40,562 bases of DNA from a virus (lineage: Duplodnaviria > Caudoviricetes): positions 1 through 40,562 of the IMG/VR virus record IMGVR_UViG_3300022852_000008, one strand, 5' to 3'. The notes below the pieces were generated by a model that saw only the letters and a list, made by a program, of their open reading frames with translations, was not told the DNA's origin and did not search any database. Below, in pieces: positions 15,421-26,057 of this stretch (position 1 is its first letter; the number at the start of each line of letters is the position of its first letter). The translations under genes were made by a program, and so were the position numbers.

Positions 15421-17463
15421 ATGCCAACCGGATACGCAAACGGTGCTGAGGTGTACCGCGAAGCGTATTGCCGAGGGCTGACGCCTGACCCCGAGTTGTG
15501 GGTAGACGAGTGGTCGGATGAGTACATGCGGATCCCGCGTGATACCGGCGCCGCCGAGCCTGGCAAGTACCGCACCGCGCGTACACCGTATGCCCGTGAA
15601 CCTATGCGCTGCCTGTCCCCAGCCCACCCGTGCAAGCGGGTGGTGACCAAGGTCGCATCGCAGCTGATGAAAACTCAGATCGCCTTGAACTGGATCGGTG
15701 CGCTGATCCACATGGCTCCATCCAACATCCTGACGCTGCTGCCCAGCTTAGCCTTGGCCAAGCGGGTGTCTTCGCGGATCGGCAAGACGATTGATGTCAC
15801 GCCCGAACTCAAAGCGCGGGTGGCGGCCAACCGGTCCAGGGATGCCCGCAACACCATGGACACCAAGGAGTTCGAGGGCGGCACGCTGTACGCCACCACG
15901 GCTGGCTCGGCTGCCAACCTGTCCGAGCTGTCGGCGCGGTACATCTACGGCGATGAAGTTGATCGTTGGGATGTCGACGTCGACCAAGAGGGTGACCCCA
16001 TCAAGCTGGCCGAGGCCAGGGGCAGTACCTTCGGCCGCAACGCCAAGTTCTATTTCTCCAGCTCACCACTCATCAAAGGGGCGTCGCGAATCGACGACCT
16101 GTTCATCATGGGCGATCAGCGCCATTTCTATGTGCCGTGTCCGGCTTGTGGGCACATGCAGGTGTTGAGATGGGATCGCCTGCTGTACTCGGCTGACTTC
16201 AGCACTGTGCATTACCAGTGCGCTGGCTCGGATTGTGATGTGCTGATCGAGGAACACCACAAAAGCGAGATGCTGGCCAAAGGCGAGTGGCGTGCGCATG
16301 CGAAGGGGGACGGCGAGACGGTGAGCTTCCACCTCAATGCGCTGTATGCCCCGCTAGGCTGGCACTCGTGGGCGATGTTGGCCCGCGAGTTCGAAGAAGC
16401 CAAGCGCGCCCAAGACCGTGGGGACCTAGAGCCCATGCAGGTGTTTTACAACACCCGCTTGGCTGAGGTCTGGGACAGTGCCGTCGAGCAAACGAAAGCT
16501 GAGGTACTGCAGGCCCGCGCGCTACAAGAGGACTATGTCCTTGGCACCTTGCCCGTTGGGGCGCTTGCCTTGACAGCATCCGTCGACGTCCAAGCCAACC
16601 GTCTGGAGCTGATGGTAATGGCCTGGGGTACCGGCATGGAGCGTTGGGTGGTCGATCACCAGGTGATTCCTGGCGATCCGGCAGACGAGCGTACTTGGTC
16701 GCTGTTGGACGAGCGGCTGAAAGTCCGGTATCGGCACCCCTGCGGCGTAAGCCTCGGGATCCTGGCCACCGGCATCGACTCCGGCGGTCACCACACGCAC
16801 GAGGTCTACCAGTTCGCCCGCGTGCGCCGCTGGCGCAACGTGTTCGCGCTCAAGGGTGCGAGCAAGCCGGGTCGGCCGGTCATCGCCCAGCGCCCGTCCC
16901 AAGTGGATGTCACCTGGAAGGGCCAGACGGAGCGCAACGGTGCAGAGCTGTGGATAGTCGGGACCGACACTGCCAAGGACTGGATCTACAACCGCTACAG
17001 CTTCGACAAAGGGCCTGGCGCGTTGCACTTCGCCAAGGACCTGCCCGACGAGTTCTTCCAGCAGTGTGTAGCTGAACGAAAGGTCGCCCGCTATGTGAAG
17101 GGCTACAAGCGGATTGAGTGGGTCAAGGGCAAGGCCGACCGCAACGAGGCACTTGACTTGATGGTGTACAACCTGGCCATGGCCAACTTCCTCGGCCTGC
17201 ACCGCTACGGCGAACAGGACTGGGACAAACTGAGGCAGGCGCTGGCGCAGGCGAACCTGTTCGAGCAAGACGAACCGGAGCCAGCTAGGCCCCAGGCCAG
17301 CGAGCCGGACGACGATCAGGACGACGAGATCGATTCACCAGCGCCCGCGCCTGTACCGGTCAAGCGTAACGATCCACCGCCACCTCCACCGCCGGCTCCC
17401 CGTGCGGTGCCCCAACCCATGCAACGCCGCAGCTCCAGCAGCGGCTACCTGAAGAGACGCTGA
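15421..17463 (+). CDS. terL: Terminase large subunit (lambda gpA family)
   Basis: RTPY, SQLMKT Walker A variant, YGDEVD, SSP, CPACG, IDSGG, RNEALD. Confidence 0.95.
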   Translation: MPTGYANGAEVYREAYCRGLTPDPELWVDEWSDEYMRIPRDTGAAEPGKYRTARTPYAREPMRCLSPAHPCKRVVTKVASQLMKTQIALNWIGALIHMAPSNILTLLPSLALAKRVSSRIGKTIDVTPELKARVAANRSRDARNTMDTKEFEGGTLYATTAGSAANLSELSARYIYGDEVDRWDVDVDQEGDPIKLAEARGSTFGRNAKFYFSSSPLIKGASRIDDLFIMGDQRHFYVPCPACGHMQVLRWDRLLYSADFSTVHYQCAGSDCDVLIEEHHKSEMLAKGEWRAHAKGDGETVSFHLNALYAPLGWHSWAMLAREFEEAKRAQDRGDLEPMQVFYNTRLAEVWDSAVEQTKAEVLQARALQEDYVLGTLPVGALALTASVDVQANRLELMVMAWGTGMERWVVDHQVIPGDPADERTWSLLDERLKVRYRHPCGVSLGILATGIDSGGHHTHEVYQFARVRRWRNVFALKGASKPGRPVIAQRPSQVDVTWKGQTERNGAELWIVGTDTAKDWIYNRYSFDKGPGALHFAKDLPDEFFQQCVAERKVARYVKGYKRIEWVKGKADRNEALDLMVYNLAMANFLGLHRYGEQDWDKLRQALAQANLFEQDEPEPARPQASEPDDDQDDEIDSPAPAPVPVKRNDPPPPPPPAPRAVPQPMQRRSSSSGYLKRR

Positions 17464-17464
17464 C

Positions 17465-17671
17465 ATGGCCTATACAAAAGCACATCTCGACGCTGTCGAG
17501 CGGGCGATTGCGCGCGGTGAAAAGATCGTTCGCTACTCGGACCGCACCGTCGAGTATCGAACGGTGGACGAGCTGATTAAGGCTCGCGACCTGATCCGCA
17601 CTGAGCTGACGAATGCCGCCGGGCCACGTTCGCGCGTCGTGCGCGTATTCCACGGAGGCAAGGGGCTGTGA
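17465..17671 (+). CDS. Head-tail joining protein (gpW-like)
   Basis: Size and position; AIARGEK.VRY.DRTVEYR. Confidence 0.8.
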   Translation: MAYTKAHLDAVERAIARGEKIVRYSDRTVEYRTVDELIKARDLIRTELTNAAGPRSRVVRVFHGGKGL

Positions 17672-19149
17672 GCGGACGTTACTTGTCCCTCGGACGCTCG
17701 GGTATCTTGGTGCCCGAGCGGATCAAGGCAAGCTATGAAGGCGCCGCCGAGGGACGGCGCTCATCGGGATGGGATGCGCCGGATACCGGCGTGAACAGCC
17801 TGATCATGCCGGCCCTGCGCAACCTGCGCTCCCGCTCCCGCAGCGCGGTGCGCAATGACCCTTACGCTGCCAACGTCATCGACAAGCGTGTCAGCAACCT
17901 GATTGGTACCGGCATCACGCCGCACCCACGGCTGCTCGACAAGGCGATTCGCAAGGTGATGCAGGAGCTTTGGGAGGACTGGGTGGATGAGGCGGATGCC
18001 GATCAACTCACGGACTTCTACGGCCAGCAGGCGCTTGTGGCGCGCACGGTAGAGCAATCGGGCGAGTGCTTCATTCGCCTGCGCCCACGCCGGCTGGAGG
18101 ATGGCTACGCGGTGCCGCTGCAGCTGCAGTGCCTGTCACCGGAGTTCGTCCCCCATGACAAGTTCGAAATGACCCGCTTCGGCAACGTCATTCGGGCTGG
18201 CATCGAGTTCAACGCCATGGGTCGGCGTGTGGCCTACTGGTGCTATCGCAACCATCCCAGCGACAAGACCTCGCTCAATGTGGGCTACAACCAGCTGGTG
18301 CGGATCCCGGCGGAGCAGATGCTGCACGTGTTCGAGCCTCTGGAACCCGGCCAGCTGCGCGGGGTTCCGCGTCTGGCTCCGGTCCTGAAACGGCTGCGCA
18401 GCCTGGACAACTTCGATGACGCGGTGCTGTTTCGCCAAGAGGTGGCAAACCTGTTTGCCGGCTTCGTTCGCAAGCCCGCACCTGACGGCCCACCGCAGCT
18501 CGACCCGCTTACTGGGGCACCGGTCAAGTACGACCGCGATGGCTTCACGCCGATGGTGGGTCTTGAGCCCGGCACGATGCAGGAGCTGCTGCCTGGTGAA
18601 CAGGTCGAGTTCTCGGACCCGCCGGACGCCGGTAACAACTACCCCGACTTCATGCGGCAGCAACTGATGGCCGCTGCCGCCGGTTCGGGCATGCCATACG
18701 AGCTTATGACCGGCGATATGCAGGGTGTGAATGACCGGGCGATCCGCGTGGTGCTCACCGAGTTCCGGCGCCGCCTGGAGCAGCTCCAGTTTCAGGTATA
18801 CGTCCATCAGCTGTGCCGACCAGTTCGCAAAGCCTGGATGGACATGGCCGTGCTCGCCGGGGCGCTCGACCTGCCGGACTACGCGCAGCGGCGCCGCGAG
18901 TACCAGCGAACCCGTTGGGTGCCGCAAGGCTGGGCCTACATCCATCCTGTACAGGACGTCCAGTCCAGGCAGATGGAAATCCTCGCCGGCTTCACCTCTC
19001 GCAGTGAGACCTGTTTGCGCGGCGGAACTGACGCTGAGGTGGTGGATGAAGAAAACGCTGCCGATCTCGCCCGGGCAAAGGCCCTGGGCCTCAACTACAG
19101 CACTTTGTCGGCGGTCGATGACGACCCCGAGGAGAAGGAGAAAGCATGA
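17668..19149 (+). CDS. Portal protein, lambda family
   Basis: LRSRSRSAVRND, GECF, GQLRGVP, PYELMTGD, W.YIHP. Confidence 0.93.
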   Translation: MSGRYLSLGRSGILVPERIKASYEGAAEGRRSSGWDAPDTGVNSLIMPALRNLRSRSRSAVRNDPYAANVIDKRVSNLIGTGITPHPRLLDKAIRKVMQELWEDWVDEADADQLTDFYGQQALVARTVEQSGECFIRLRPRRLEDGYAVPLQLQCLSPEFVPHDKFEMTRFGNVIRAGIEFNAMGRRVAYWCYRNHPSDKTSLNVGYNQLVRIPAEQMLHVFEPLEPGQLRGVPRLAPVLKRLRSLDNFDDAVLFRQEVANLFAGFVRKPAPDGPPQLDPLTGAPVKYDRDGFTPMVGLEPGTMQELLPGEQVEFSDPPDAGNNYPDFMRQQLMAAAAGSGMPYELMTGDMQGVNDRAIRVVLTEFRRRLEQLQFQVYVHQLCRPVRKAWMDMAVLAGALDLPDYAQRRREYQRTRWVPQGWAYIHPVQDVQSRQMEILAGFTSRSETCLRGGTDAEVVDEENAADLARAKALGLNYSTLSAVDDDPEEKEKA

Positions 19150-20303
19150 AGCCGTTGAAGCCTTTCCGTATCTTCAACAAGGCACCAACGGTGCCGCAGG
19201 TCGACAATGAGCATTGGTATCACATCAAGGCCGCCACGAAAGCCGAGGGCGCTACGGAAGCCGATCCAGCCCCGATTGAGATCTACATCTACGGCGAGAT
19301 TGGCGGTTGGGGTATCACTGCTAACCAGTTCATCCGCGACCTCAAGGCGATTGATGACGGGGTGTCACCGGTTGAGGTGGCCTTCAATACCAACGGCGGC
19401 GATTTGTTCGAGGGTCTGGCGATCCATAACGCGCTGAGCCGTCTGGGTGAGCGCTGCACCGGCCGCATCGATGCCCTGGCGGCTAGCGCGGGTAGCGTTG
19501 CGGTATGCGGCGCTCATCGGGTGGTGATGGCGTCGAATGCGATTCTGATGATTCACAACCCCTACACCTGGATTGAAGGTGACGCTGAAGAGCTTCGGCG
19601 GGTGGCTGATGTCCTCGACCAGGCGTTCGAGGTGATCATCGCGGCTTACAAGGCGAAAGCGCCTGACATCGACGAAGCCGAGCTGCGGCGTCTGGTCAAC
19701 GATGAGAGTTGGCTGACAGCTACGGAAGCACTGGCGCTTGGGCTGGTCGATGAGATCGGCACTGGCGTGCAGGTGCGAGCCTGTCTGGGCAATGGTGCAG
19801 CCATGGCCAAGTATCGGAAGACTCCGCAGACACTGCTTGATCAGCTGGCCACCAAGCCTGGTGAGCCTGAAGCAGGTCCGGCAACGACGTCCGAGCCGAC
19901 GGCACCAGACCCAGGCGACTCCACTGCGCTGGCCTTGATGATCACCCAGGACTGCGCCAAGGCGGGAATCAGCAACCTGGTCGCTCCCCTGATTGCTGCC
20001 ACCAAGCTGACCGACAAGACCACGGTGCAGGCCGCGCTGAAGCGCGCCAAGGGCATCCGCGATCTTTGCGCTGCAGCCCGGCTGCCGGAGTTGACCGCTG
20101 AATACGTGACGGCCGGCCTGGAGCCCGATGCAGTGCGGGCTCGGCTGTTCGAGAAGCTGGTCAGCTCGGGCAAGGGCTTCGAGATCGACAACACGTTGCC
20201 GCCGGCCGATGACGAGCAAGAGACGGTCAAGGCGCAATTACCCAACCCAACCGACATCTGGGCTGCCCGCCGGCAGGCCGCCACAAAAGGAGCACGACCA
20301 TGA
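19146..20303 (+). CDS. ClpP-like head maturation protease/scaffold
   Basis: IYGEIG, NTNGGD, LAASAGS, MIHNP, WLTA.EA. Confidence 0.92.
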   Translation: MKPLKPFRIFNKAPTVPQVDNEHWYHIKAATKAEGATEADPAPIEIYIYGEIGGWGITANQFIRDLKAIDDGVSPVEVAFNTNGGDLFEGLAIHNALSRLGERCTGRIDALAASAGSVAVCGAHRVVMASNAILMIHNPYTWIEGDAEELRRVADVLDQAFEVIIAAYKAKAPDIDEAELRRLVNDESWLTATEALALGLVDEIGTGVQVRACLGNGAAMAKYRKTPQTLLDQLATKPGEPEAGPATTSEPTAPDPGDSTALALMITQDCAKAGISNLVAPLIAATKLTDKTTVQAALKRAKGIRDLCAAARLPELTAEYVTAGLEPDAVRARLFEKLVSSGKGFEIDNTLPPADDEQETVKAQLPNPTDIWAARRQAATKGARP

Positions 20304-20647
20304 GCGTCATCCAACAGGAACCGGTCCATGCCGGTGAGTTTCTGCTTTCTGAAGGTGCGGGGAAGATCTCCCGCGAAGCCATCAACATCGTCGCCGGCCC
20401 GGCCTTGGTTGCTGGTCAGGTGCTCGGCCTGGTAGCGGCAAGCGGCGAGTTCGCTCCCTACAACCCAGAGGGGGAAGACGGTAGCGAGAACGCCGTCTGC
20501 ATCCTCTTCGCTCCGCTCGGGGAGTCGGACGTCTCGCGGCGTGGGCGCGCCGTGGTGCGGCTGGCCGAGGTCACCGAGGCGCTGTTGACGGGCCTCGACG
20601 GTGATGCGGAAAAGTCCTTGGCGGCGAACTTCATCATCCTGCGTTGA
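20300..20647 (+). CDS. Head decoration protein
   Basis: FLLSEG..SRE, GQVLG; lies between protease and capsid genes. Confidence 0.85.
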   Translation: MSVIQQEPVHAGEFLLSEGAGKISREAINIVAGPALVAGQVLGLVAASGEFAPYNPEGEDGSENAVCILFAPLGESDVSRRGRAVVRLAEVTEALLTGLDGDAEKSLAANFIILR

Positions 20648-20709
20648 CCTGACCTTTTCCTTTCTCCCAGCCCCGCCTTGAGCGGGGTTCTTACTTTCTG
20701 GAGTATCCC

Positions 20710-21705
20710 ATGGCTGAGATTGCCATTTTTCAAGATGATGCTTTCGGCGTTGCAGCCCTGACTGCGGCTATCAACGAGCAAGAGTACGTGCCGGGCCGCC
20801 TGGCGGCGCTCGGATTGTTCCGCGAAGAGGGCGTCCAGACCCTGACCGTTCAGATCGAAAAGGACGGCGATACGCTCGCCCTTGTGCCTGCGGGTGAGCG
20901 CGGAACCTCCGGCCTGGTGGTCGGTGGCAGCAAGCGCAAGCTCATCCCCTTCAACACTATCCATCTGCCGCAGCGTTTCTCGATCAAGGCTGACGAGATC
21001 CAGGGCATTCGTGCGTTCGGCTCCACCACCGAGCTGCAGGCTGTTCAGGCGGTTGTGAACAAACGCTTGGGCAAGGCCCGGAGCCAGCTGGATGCCACCC
21101 ACGAGTATCACCGCATGGGCGCAGTCAATGGCCAGGTGCTCGACGCAGACGGCTCGTCTGTGCTGCTGGATATCTACAAAACCTTCGGTGTGTCCCGGCA
21201 GACGCTGTCGATGGGCCTCAACGATCCGAACGCCAACATCCAGACTCAGTGTGTAGACGCACTGGATATGCAGGAAGACGCGCTCGGCAATGTCACCACC
21301 ACCGGCGCGCGTGCCTTCTGTGGCAAGACGTTCTGGAAGAAGCTGATCTCTCACCCGTCGGTGGTCGAGACCTACAAGGGCAGCCAACAAGCTGCAGCCC
21401 TGCGGGGTGATGGGCGTGAAGGTTTCGAGTTCGGTGGCATCAGCTGGGAGCGCTATCGCGGCAAGGTCGGCGGCAAGGCCTATGTGTCCGATGACGAGGC
21501 CCGCCTGGTTCCAGAGGGCGTCTCGGATCTGTTCCTGTCGATCTATGCCCCAGCGGACTACATCGAGACCGTCAACACCGAGGGCCTGCCGTACTACAGC
21601 AAGATCGAGGAAATGCCGTTCGGGAAGGGTATTGACGGCGAAGCGCAGTCCAACCCGCTGCACATCTGCACCCGCCCACGTGCTGTCCTCCGTTTGACGA
21701 TCTGA
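20710..21705 (+). CDS. Major capsid protein (lambda gpE-like)
   Basis: LTAAIN, ADEIQGIRAFG, QSNPLHICTRP. Confidence 0.92.
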   Translation: MAEIAIFQDDAFGVAALTAAINEQEYVPGRLAALGLFREEGVQTLTVQIEKDGDTLALVPAGERGTSGLVVGGSKRKLIPFNTIHLPQRFSIKADEIQGIRAFGSTTELQAVQAVVNKRLGKARSQLDATHEYHRMGAVNGQVLDADGSSVLLDIYKTFGVSRQTLSMGLNDPNANIQTQCVDALDMQEDALGNVTTTGARAFCGKTFWKKLISHPSVVETYKGSQQAAALRGDGREGFEFGGISWERYRGKVGGKAYVSDDEARLVPEGVSDLFLSIYAPADYIETVNTEGLPYYSKIEEMPFGKGIDGEAQSNPLHICTRPRAVLRLTI

Positions 21706-21707
21706 TC

Positions 21708-22022
21708 ATGGCCTTCCGCGACCTGATCGATGACGTGGATGAGGTGGTGTTCGAGGTCTTGGGCGATCTGGCCCGAATCGAAGGTCGCGAGGTCGCTGGG
21801 ATGTTCTCGGCGCCCTGGCTGCAGCCGAAGCTGGGGCAGATCAATACCGGCTTGCGTGAGCCGCACTTGGTCATCCGTGTTGGCGACAATTCGGGCGTCG
21901 ATGTGCGTCAGCAGGTGGTGATTGATCTGCCATCTGAAGACGGTGGCGGTAACTACATCATCACCCGCATCGAGCCAGGCGGTGATGGTCTTGTGACCCT
22001 GATACTGAGGAAGTCGCCGTGA
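21708..22022 (+). CDS. Head-tail joining protein
   Basis: Size, position and beta-rich pattern. Confidence 0.65.
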   Translation: MAFRDLIDDVDEVVFEVLGDLARIEGREVAGMFSAPWLQPKLGQINTGLREPHLVIRVGDNSGVDVRQQVVIDLPSEDGGGNYIITRIEPGGDGLVTLILRKSP

Positions 22023-22678
22023 GCGTAGGCAGCTATCAAAAGCAATCGTCCAGCTCTGGCCTGATCACCCTTCAGGCAAACCCACAGCAGGTCAAAAACG
22101 TCTCTGAGTTCGGCGAGCTCATGCCCAAGGCGATCAAGGCGGCGCAGCGACGGGCGATCAACAAGACCGTTCGCTGGCTGCGCACCCACGTTGCCAGGTC
22201 GGTGAGCCAGCAAGAGCGCATTGCCGTATCGGCGGTGCGGCAGCGCTTGCTGGCTTACCCCATGGGTAGCAACGGACAGGGCAAGCTCTGGTTCGGTCTG
22301 AACCCCATTGAAGCCAGTCGCGCCGGTCGGCCACGGCAAACCCGCTCGGGAGTATCGGTGGCTGGTCGCAAGTTCCAGGGCGCGTTCTTCAGGACGGTTT
22401 ACGGCGGCAAGCCGGATATCTGGATCCGTACAGCCAGCAAGCACTTCAGCAAGGACGAATACCCGGACAGCGATGTGTCGGGGAAGGGCGGGGCGAGTTC
22501 GGGTTGGATTGGCGAGAACGACAGCCGCTTCCCGTTGGCCAAGGCAAAGATCTCGCTCGATGACGTCAGGCCGCACTTCGAGTCATGGACGAATAAGGCC
22601 CACCAGCGCCTGCTGGTGGTGATGGAGCAGGAGCTGAACTTTGAGCTGCAGAAGCACCTTCGGAGACTGGGGCAATGA
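22019..22678 (+). CDS. Minor tail/neck protein (gpZ-like)
   Basis: RAINKT...LWFGLNPI; basic; position. Confidence 0.7.
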   Translation: MSVGSYQKQSSSSGLITLQANPQQVKNVSEFGELMPKAIKAAQRRAINKTVRWLRTHVARSVSQQERIAVSAVRQRLLAYPMGSNGQGKLWFGLNPIEASRAGRPRQTRSGVSVAGRKFQGAFFRTVYGGKPDIWIRTASKHFSKDEYPDSDVSGKGGASSGWIGENDSRFPLAKAKISLDDVRPHFESWTNKAHQRLLVVMEQELNFELQKHLRRLGQ

Positions 22679-23205
22679 CTGACGATCCAATACCACTGGG
22701 CCAGGTGTATGCCGCGATTGAGCAGGGCATTCACCAGGCCATTCCCGCGCTGGCCTATGTCGGCACCATGCCGGGGCGACTTGAAACAGTGGTCCCCCCG
22801 GCGGTCGTGCTGGAGCTTGCCGGCTTTGAAGCGGCAGAGCGCGACCCTGGTACCGGCGAGACAGCAGTGGACGCACGCTTCGAGGCGCGTGTCATTGTCG
22901 GCAGTGAGCTGGACGACTGCCTTCACGTCGCGGCATTCGTCGCAGCGCAATTGGCGGCGCTGCTGCGGCTACAGACGTGGGGCATTGCTGTTGATCCTGC
23001 GAAGTTCGTTCGCGCTGAACAGGACTGGAGCCGGCCAGAGCTCGACAGCTTTGCAGTCTGGGTAGTCGAGTGGACGCAAGGCATTTACCTGGGTGAGGAA
23101 GAGTGGCCCTGGCCGACTCAGCCCGGCCCGCTTGTGTTCGGCTTAGATCCTGAGACGGGCCGGGGTAATGAGGGCGCCTATGTGTCGCCGGAGGATCTCG
23201 CATGA
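22675..23205 (+). CDS. Tail completion/terminator-like protein
   Basis: Position before the spike gene; acidic; W.VEWTQ. Confidence 0.6.
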   Translation: MTDDPIPLGQVYAAIEQGIHQAIPALAYVGTMPGRLETVVPPAVVLELAGFEAAERDPGTGETAVDARFEARVIVGSELDDCLHVAAFVAAQLAALLRLQTWGIAVDPAKFVRAEQDWSRPELDSFAVWVVEWTQGIYLGEEEWPWPTQPGPLVFGLDPETGRGNEGAYVSPEDLA

Positions 23206-23783
23206 GCTATGCGGCGGCGCAGCATGACCGGATGCTGGCGAGCCTGTTAATCCCTTGCCGAGTTGTCGCCATCGACCTCGCTGCCGCCATGGTGCGTGTT
23301 TCCGATGGTGGAGATTGGACGAGCGCCTGGGTGCGATGGCATGCCCAGGCTGCCGGCAGGGCTCGCCATTGGCGGACGCCGAGTATCGGTGAGCAGGGCG
23401 TGCTGATCAGCCCGAGCGGTGAGCCGGCACAGGGTACGTTCGTGCCGGGACTGTATGGCGATGCCGGTGGCCAGCCTGACAACCGCGACCATGTCGAGGT
23501 CTGGCGTTTCGCAGACGGCGGCTCGCTGGTTTATGACTGGCAGGCCAACAGCTACACCATTGCGCTTCCCAGCGGTACGGTGACCGTCAAGGTCGGCGGT
23601 ACCGAGGTCGTGGCTACCGACGACGCGATCACTGCCAAATCCGGCAGCGTGACAGTCCAGGCGGCAAATATCACCTTGGAGGGCGCTGTGCAGATCAACG
23701 GATCGCTCAACGTCACGGGTGACATCCTCGGCGGTGCACGAATCATCGACACGGCCGGCAACACGGCCAACCACAAGCACTGA
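23202..23783 (+). CDS. Baseplate spike (P2 gpV family)
   Basis: PSIGEQ, F.DG....YD, C-terminal HKH metal-binding tip. Confidence 0.9.
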   Translation: MSYAAAQHDRMLASLLIPCRVVAIDLAAAMVRVSDGGDWTSAWVRWHAQAAGRARHWRTPSIGEQGVLISPSGEPAQGTFVPGLYGDAGGQPDNRDHVEVWRFADGGSLVYDWQANSYTIALPSGTVTVKVGGTEVVATDDAITAKSGSVTVQAANITLEGAVQINGSLNVTGDILGGARIIDTAGNTANHKH

Positions 23784-23819
23784 CAGCCCGCCTCGAGCGG
23801 GCTTTTTTATGGAGGGCCT

Positions 23820-24026
23820 ATGGCCGACAAGAAAGCTGCGGAGGCGTCCGCGACGGTGACTTTCGTCGACAAAACCTACGATCAGCGCCCGTTGTACCTG
23901 GCCACTGGCCGGGAGCTGGCTGTGCGCCGAGGACGCATCACGGTGCTGGCGGACGATGCCGAAGCCCTTGCCTACCTGGCCAGCGACAACGGGCTGCAGC
24001 AGCTGCAGCCGCTGCAGGATGAATAA
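23820..24026 (+). CDS. Small hypothetical protein
   Basis: GGAGG RBS; fills the gap in the late operon. Confidence 0.65.
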   Translation: MADKKAAEASATVTFVDKTYDQRPLYLATGRELAVRRGRITVLADDAEALAYLASDNGLQQLQPLQDE

Positions 24027-24028
24027 CC

Positions 24029-24355
24029 GTGATCGGCGTGGATCGTCGGACAGGGCAGCCCATATCGGGGCTGGATCACCTACGCCAATCCATTGAGGAC
24101 ATTCTGACCACGGGTTTCGGCAGTCGACGCATGCGGCCGGAGTACGGCAGTCATCTGCGCCGGTACGTCGACTTGCCGGTTAACGAGGGTTGGAAAAGCG
24201 CCGTACAAGCCGAGGTCGCCCGCGCCCTGGCGCGCTGGGAGCCACGCCTGAAGCTGGAACGGGTGCGTGTCACCGCCGTGGTTGACGGCAAGATCACTCT
24301 GGAGCTGGCCGGCCAGTACCTCAACGATCCTGCGATTTTGGAGGTGAGTGCATGA
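24029..24355 (+). CDS. Baseplate protein gpW/gp25 family
   Basis: HLRQSIEDILTT.GSR.MRPEYGS; WEPR. Confidence 0.92.
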   Translation: MIGVDRRTGQPISGLDHLRQSIEDILTTGFGSRRMRPEYGSHLRRYVDLPVNEGWKSAVQAEVARALARWEPRLKLERVRVTAVVDGKITLELAGQYLNDPAILEVSA

Positions 24356-25332
24356 TCGATCTGTCATTGCTTCCGCCGCCCGATGTGGTGGAAAGCCTGG
24401 AATTTGAAACGATCTATCAGGTGGCGCTGAGCGACTTCCGCTTGTTGATGGGGGATCAGTGGACGGCGGTGCTGGAGTCCGATCCGGTGGTCAAGCTGCT
24501 GGAAGTGGCGGCCTATCAGAAGATGCTCGGCCGGGCGCGGGTCAACGCGGCGGCCAAGGCCAGCCTGCTGGCCTACGCCAAGGGCGCCGACCTGGACAAT
24601 CGCGCCGCCGACTACGGCGTGCAGCGCCTGACCATCACCCCGGCCCAGCCGGATGCGTTGCCGCCGGTGGCGGCGATGATGGAGAGTGATTCGGCACTGC
24701 GCTACCGCACGCGCCTGTCGCTGGAGGCGCTATCGGTGGCGGGCAGCCGGGGCGCCTACGAGTACCACGGCCTCAGCGCCTCGGCGAACGTGTCGAGCGT
24801 TTCGGTGGATTCGCCGGTGTTCGCCGGCGTGGCGCTCACGGATGCGCAAAAGGCGGTGCTGCCGGCCGGGGCCATCGTCGTGACCTGCACCTACGCCGCC
24901 GGCCTGGAGAACCCATTGCCGGGCGACGTGTCGCTGGCGGTGTTGGGCCGGGTGGGTAGCCCGGAAACGCCGGCAGAGCTTGTGGCCGCTGTGCAGGCGG
25001 CGCTGTCAGCCGAGAGCGTGCGGCCGCTGACAGATCGGCCGCGCACTCAAGCAGGGTTGGCCACTGACTTCAAGGTGTCGGCCACCCTGGAGCTGGAGGC
25101 GGGGCCTGAACCGGCCGTTGTGCTGGCCAATGCCCGCAGCGGGCTGGACTCGGCTTTGGCCGAGGCGCGCCGGATGGAAGGGCAGTTGCCGTTGTCGGCG
25201 ATCTACGCCGCGTTACACGTAACGGGCGTGCGCCGGGTGGTGCTGACGGCGCCGACCGACGATGTGACGTGTGACAAGCGGCACTACCCCAACTGCACCG
25301 CGATCACCCTTAAAACCAAGGTGGTCGCATGA
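24352..25332 (+). CDS. Baseplate J protein
   Basis: IDLSLLPPP, ESDP..KLLE, SVAGSRGAYEYH, VRPLTD. Confidence 0.92.
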   Translation: MIDLSLLPPPDVVESLEFETIYQVALSDFRLLMGDQWTAVLESDPVVKLLEVAAYQKMLGRARVNAAAKASLLAYAKGADLDNRAADYGVQRLTITPAQPDALPPVAAMMESDSALRYRTRLSLEALSVAGSRGAYEYHGLSASANVSSVSVDSPVFAGVALTDAQKAVLPAGAIVVTCTYAAGLENPLPGDVSLAVLGRVGSPETPAELVAAVQAALSAESVRPLTDRPRTQAGLATDFKVSATLELEAGPEPAVVLANARSGLDSALAEARRMEGQLPLSAIYAALHVTGVRRVVLTAPTDDVTCDKRHYPNCTAITLKTKVVA

Positions 25333-26057
25333 GTCTGCTGCCCAGTAATGCCACCGTGCTCGAGCGCGCCATTGAGAAGGCCGGCGACCTCGGCATTGAT
25401 CCCGAGGTGATTCGCGGGGTCGCCGACTCGGCACGCTGTCCGCCCAACTTTCTGCCCTGGCTCGGTTGGGCCATGAAGGTCGAAGGCTGGGAGGCGGCCA
25501 ACACCGACGAGCAGCGCCGCGAGCTGATCCGCGAGGCCATACCGGTTCACAAGACCAAGGGCACTGTCGGCGCAATCAAGCGGGTGCTCAAGGCGGTGCG
25601 GGTCAACGCCGAGTTCAAAGAATGGCACCAAGTCCCCAATGCGGCCCCGTACACGTTCCAGGTTACGGCCTGGGCGAACGATAACCGCGAGGGGGAGGGG
25701 TCGATTCTGTCGCCGCAACTGGGCGAGCGCCTTCGCGCATTGATCGACGCGGCCAAGAACGAGCGCAGCCACTACGAGTTCCGCCTGGGGGCGCGCTTTG
25801 AAGGCGCCTTGGCGGTGGCGGCGGCTGCGCGGGCGCGGGCGGTTTATCGGCGTTCGGTAGCCATCCTGCCCATGCCGGCCGACACCGCCAGTTCGGGGCT
25901 GTTGGTCGCGGCGGCGGCCAAAGCGCGCTGCGTGGTCCGGCAGTCTGCCGCGATCCCCAGCATACCTATCCATTCTGAATCGGGCCTGGTGGTCGCCTGT
26001 GCGGCCCGCGCCCGTGCTGTCGTGCGCGGCACGATGGAGGGAATCATAAATGAGTGA
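25329..26057 (+). CDS. Tail protein I (P2 gpI family) with repeated C-terminal extension
   Basis: SLLPSNAT.LE, LPWLGW, H.TKGT, AKNERSH. Confidence 0.88.
   Translation: MSLLPSNATVLERAIEKAGDLGIDPEVIRGVADSARCPPNFLPWLGWAMKVEGWEAANTDEQRRELIREAIPVHKTKGTVGAIKRVLKAVRVNAEFKEWHQVPNAAPYTFQVTAWANDNREGEGSILSPQLGERLRALIDAAKNERSHYEFRLGARFEGALAVAAAARARAVYRRSVAILPMPADTASSGLLVAAAAKARCVVRQSAAIPSIPIHSESGLVVACAARARAVVRGTMEGIINE

Noticed and set aside
17270-17463. Acidic/Pro-rich tail of TerL as a separate element or frameshift artefact
   Set aside because: In frame and ends immediately before the gpW-like gene; most likely a disordered linker.
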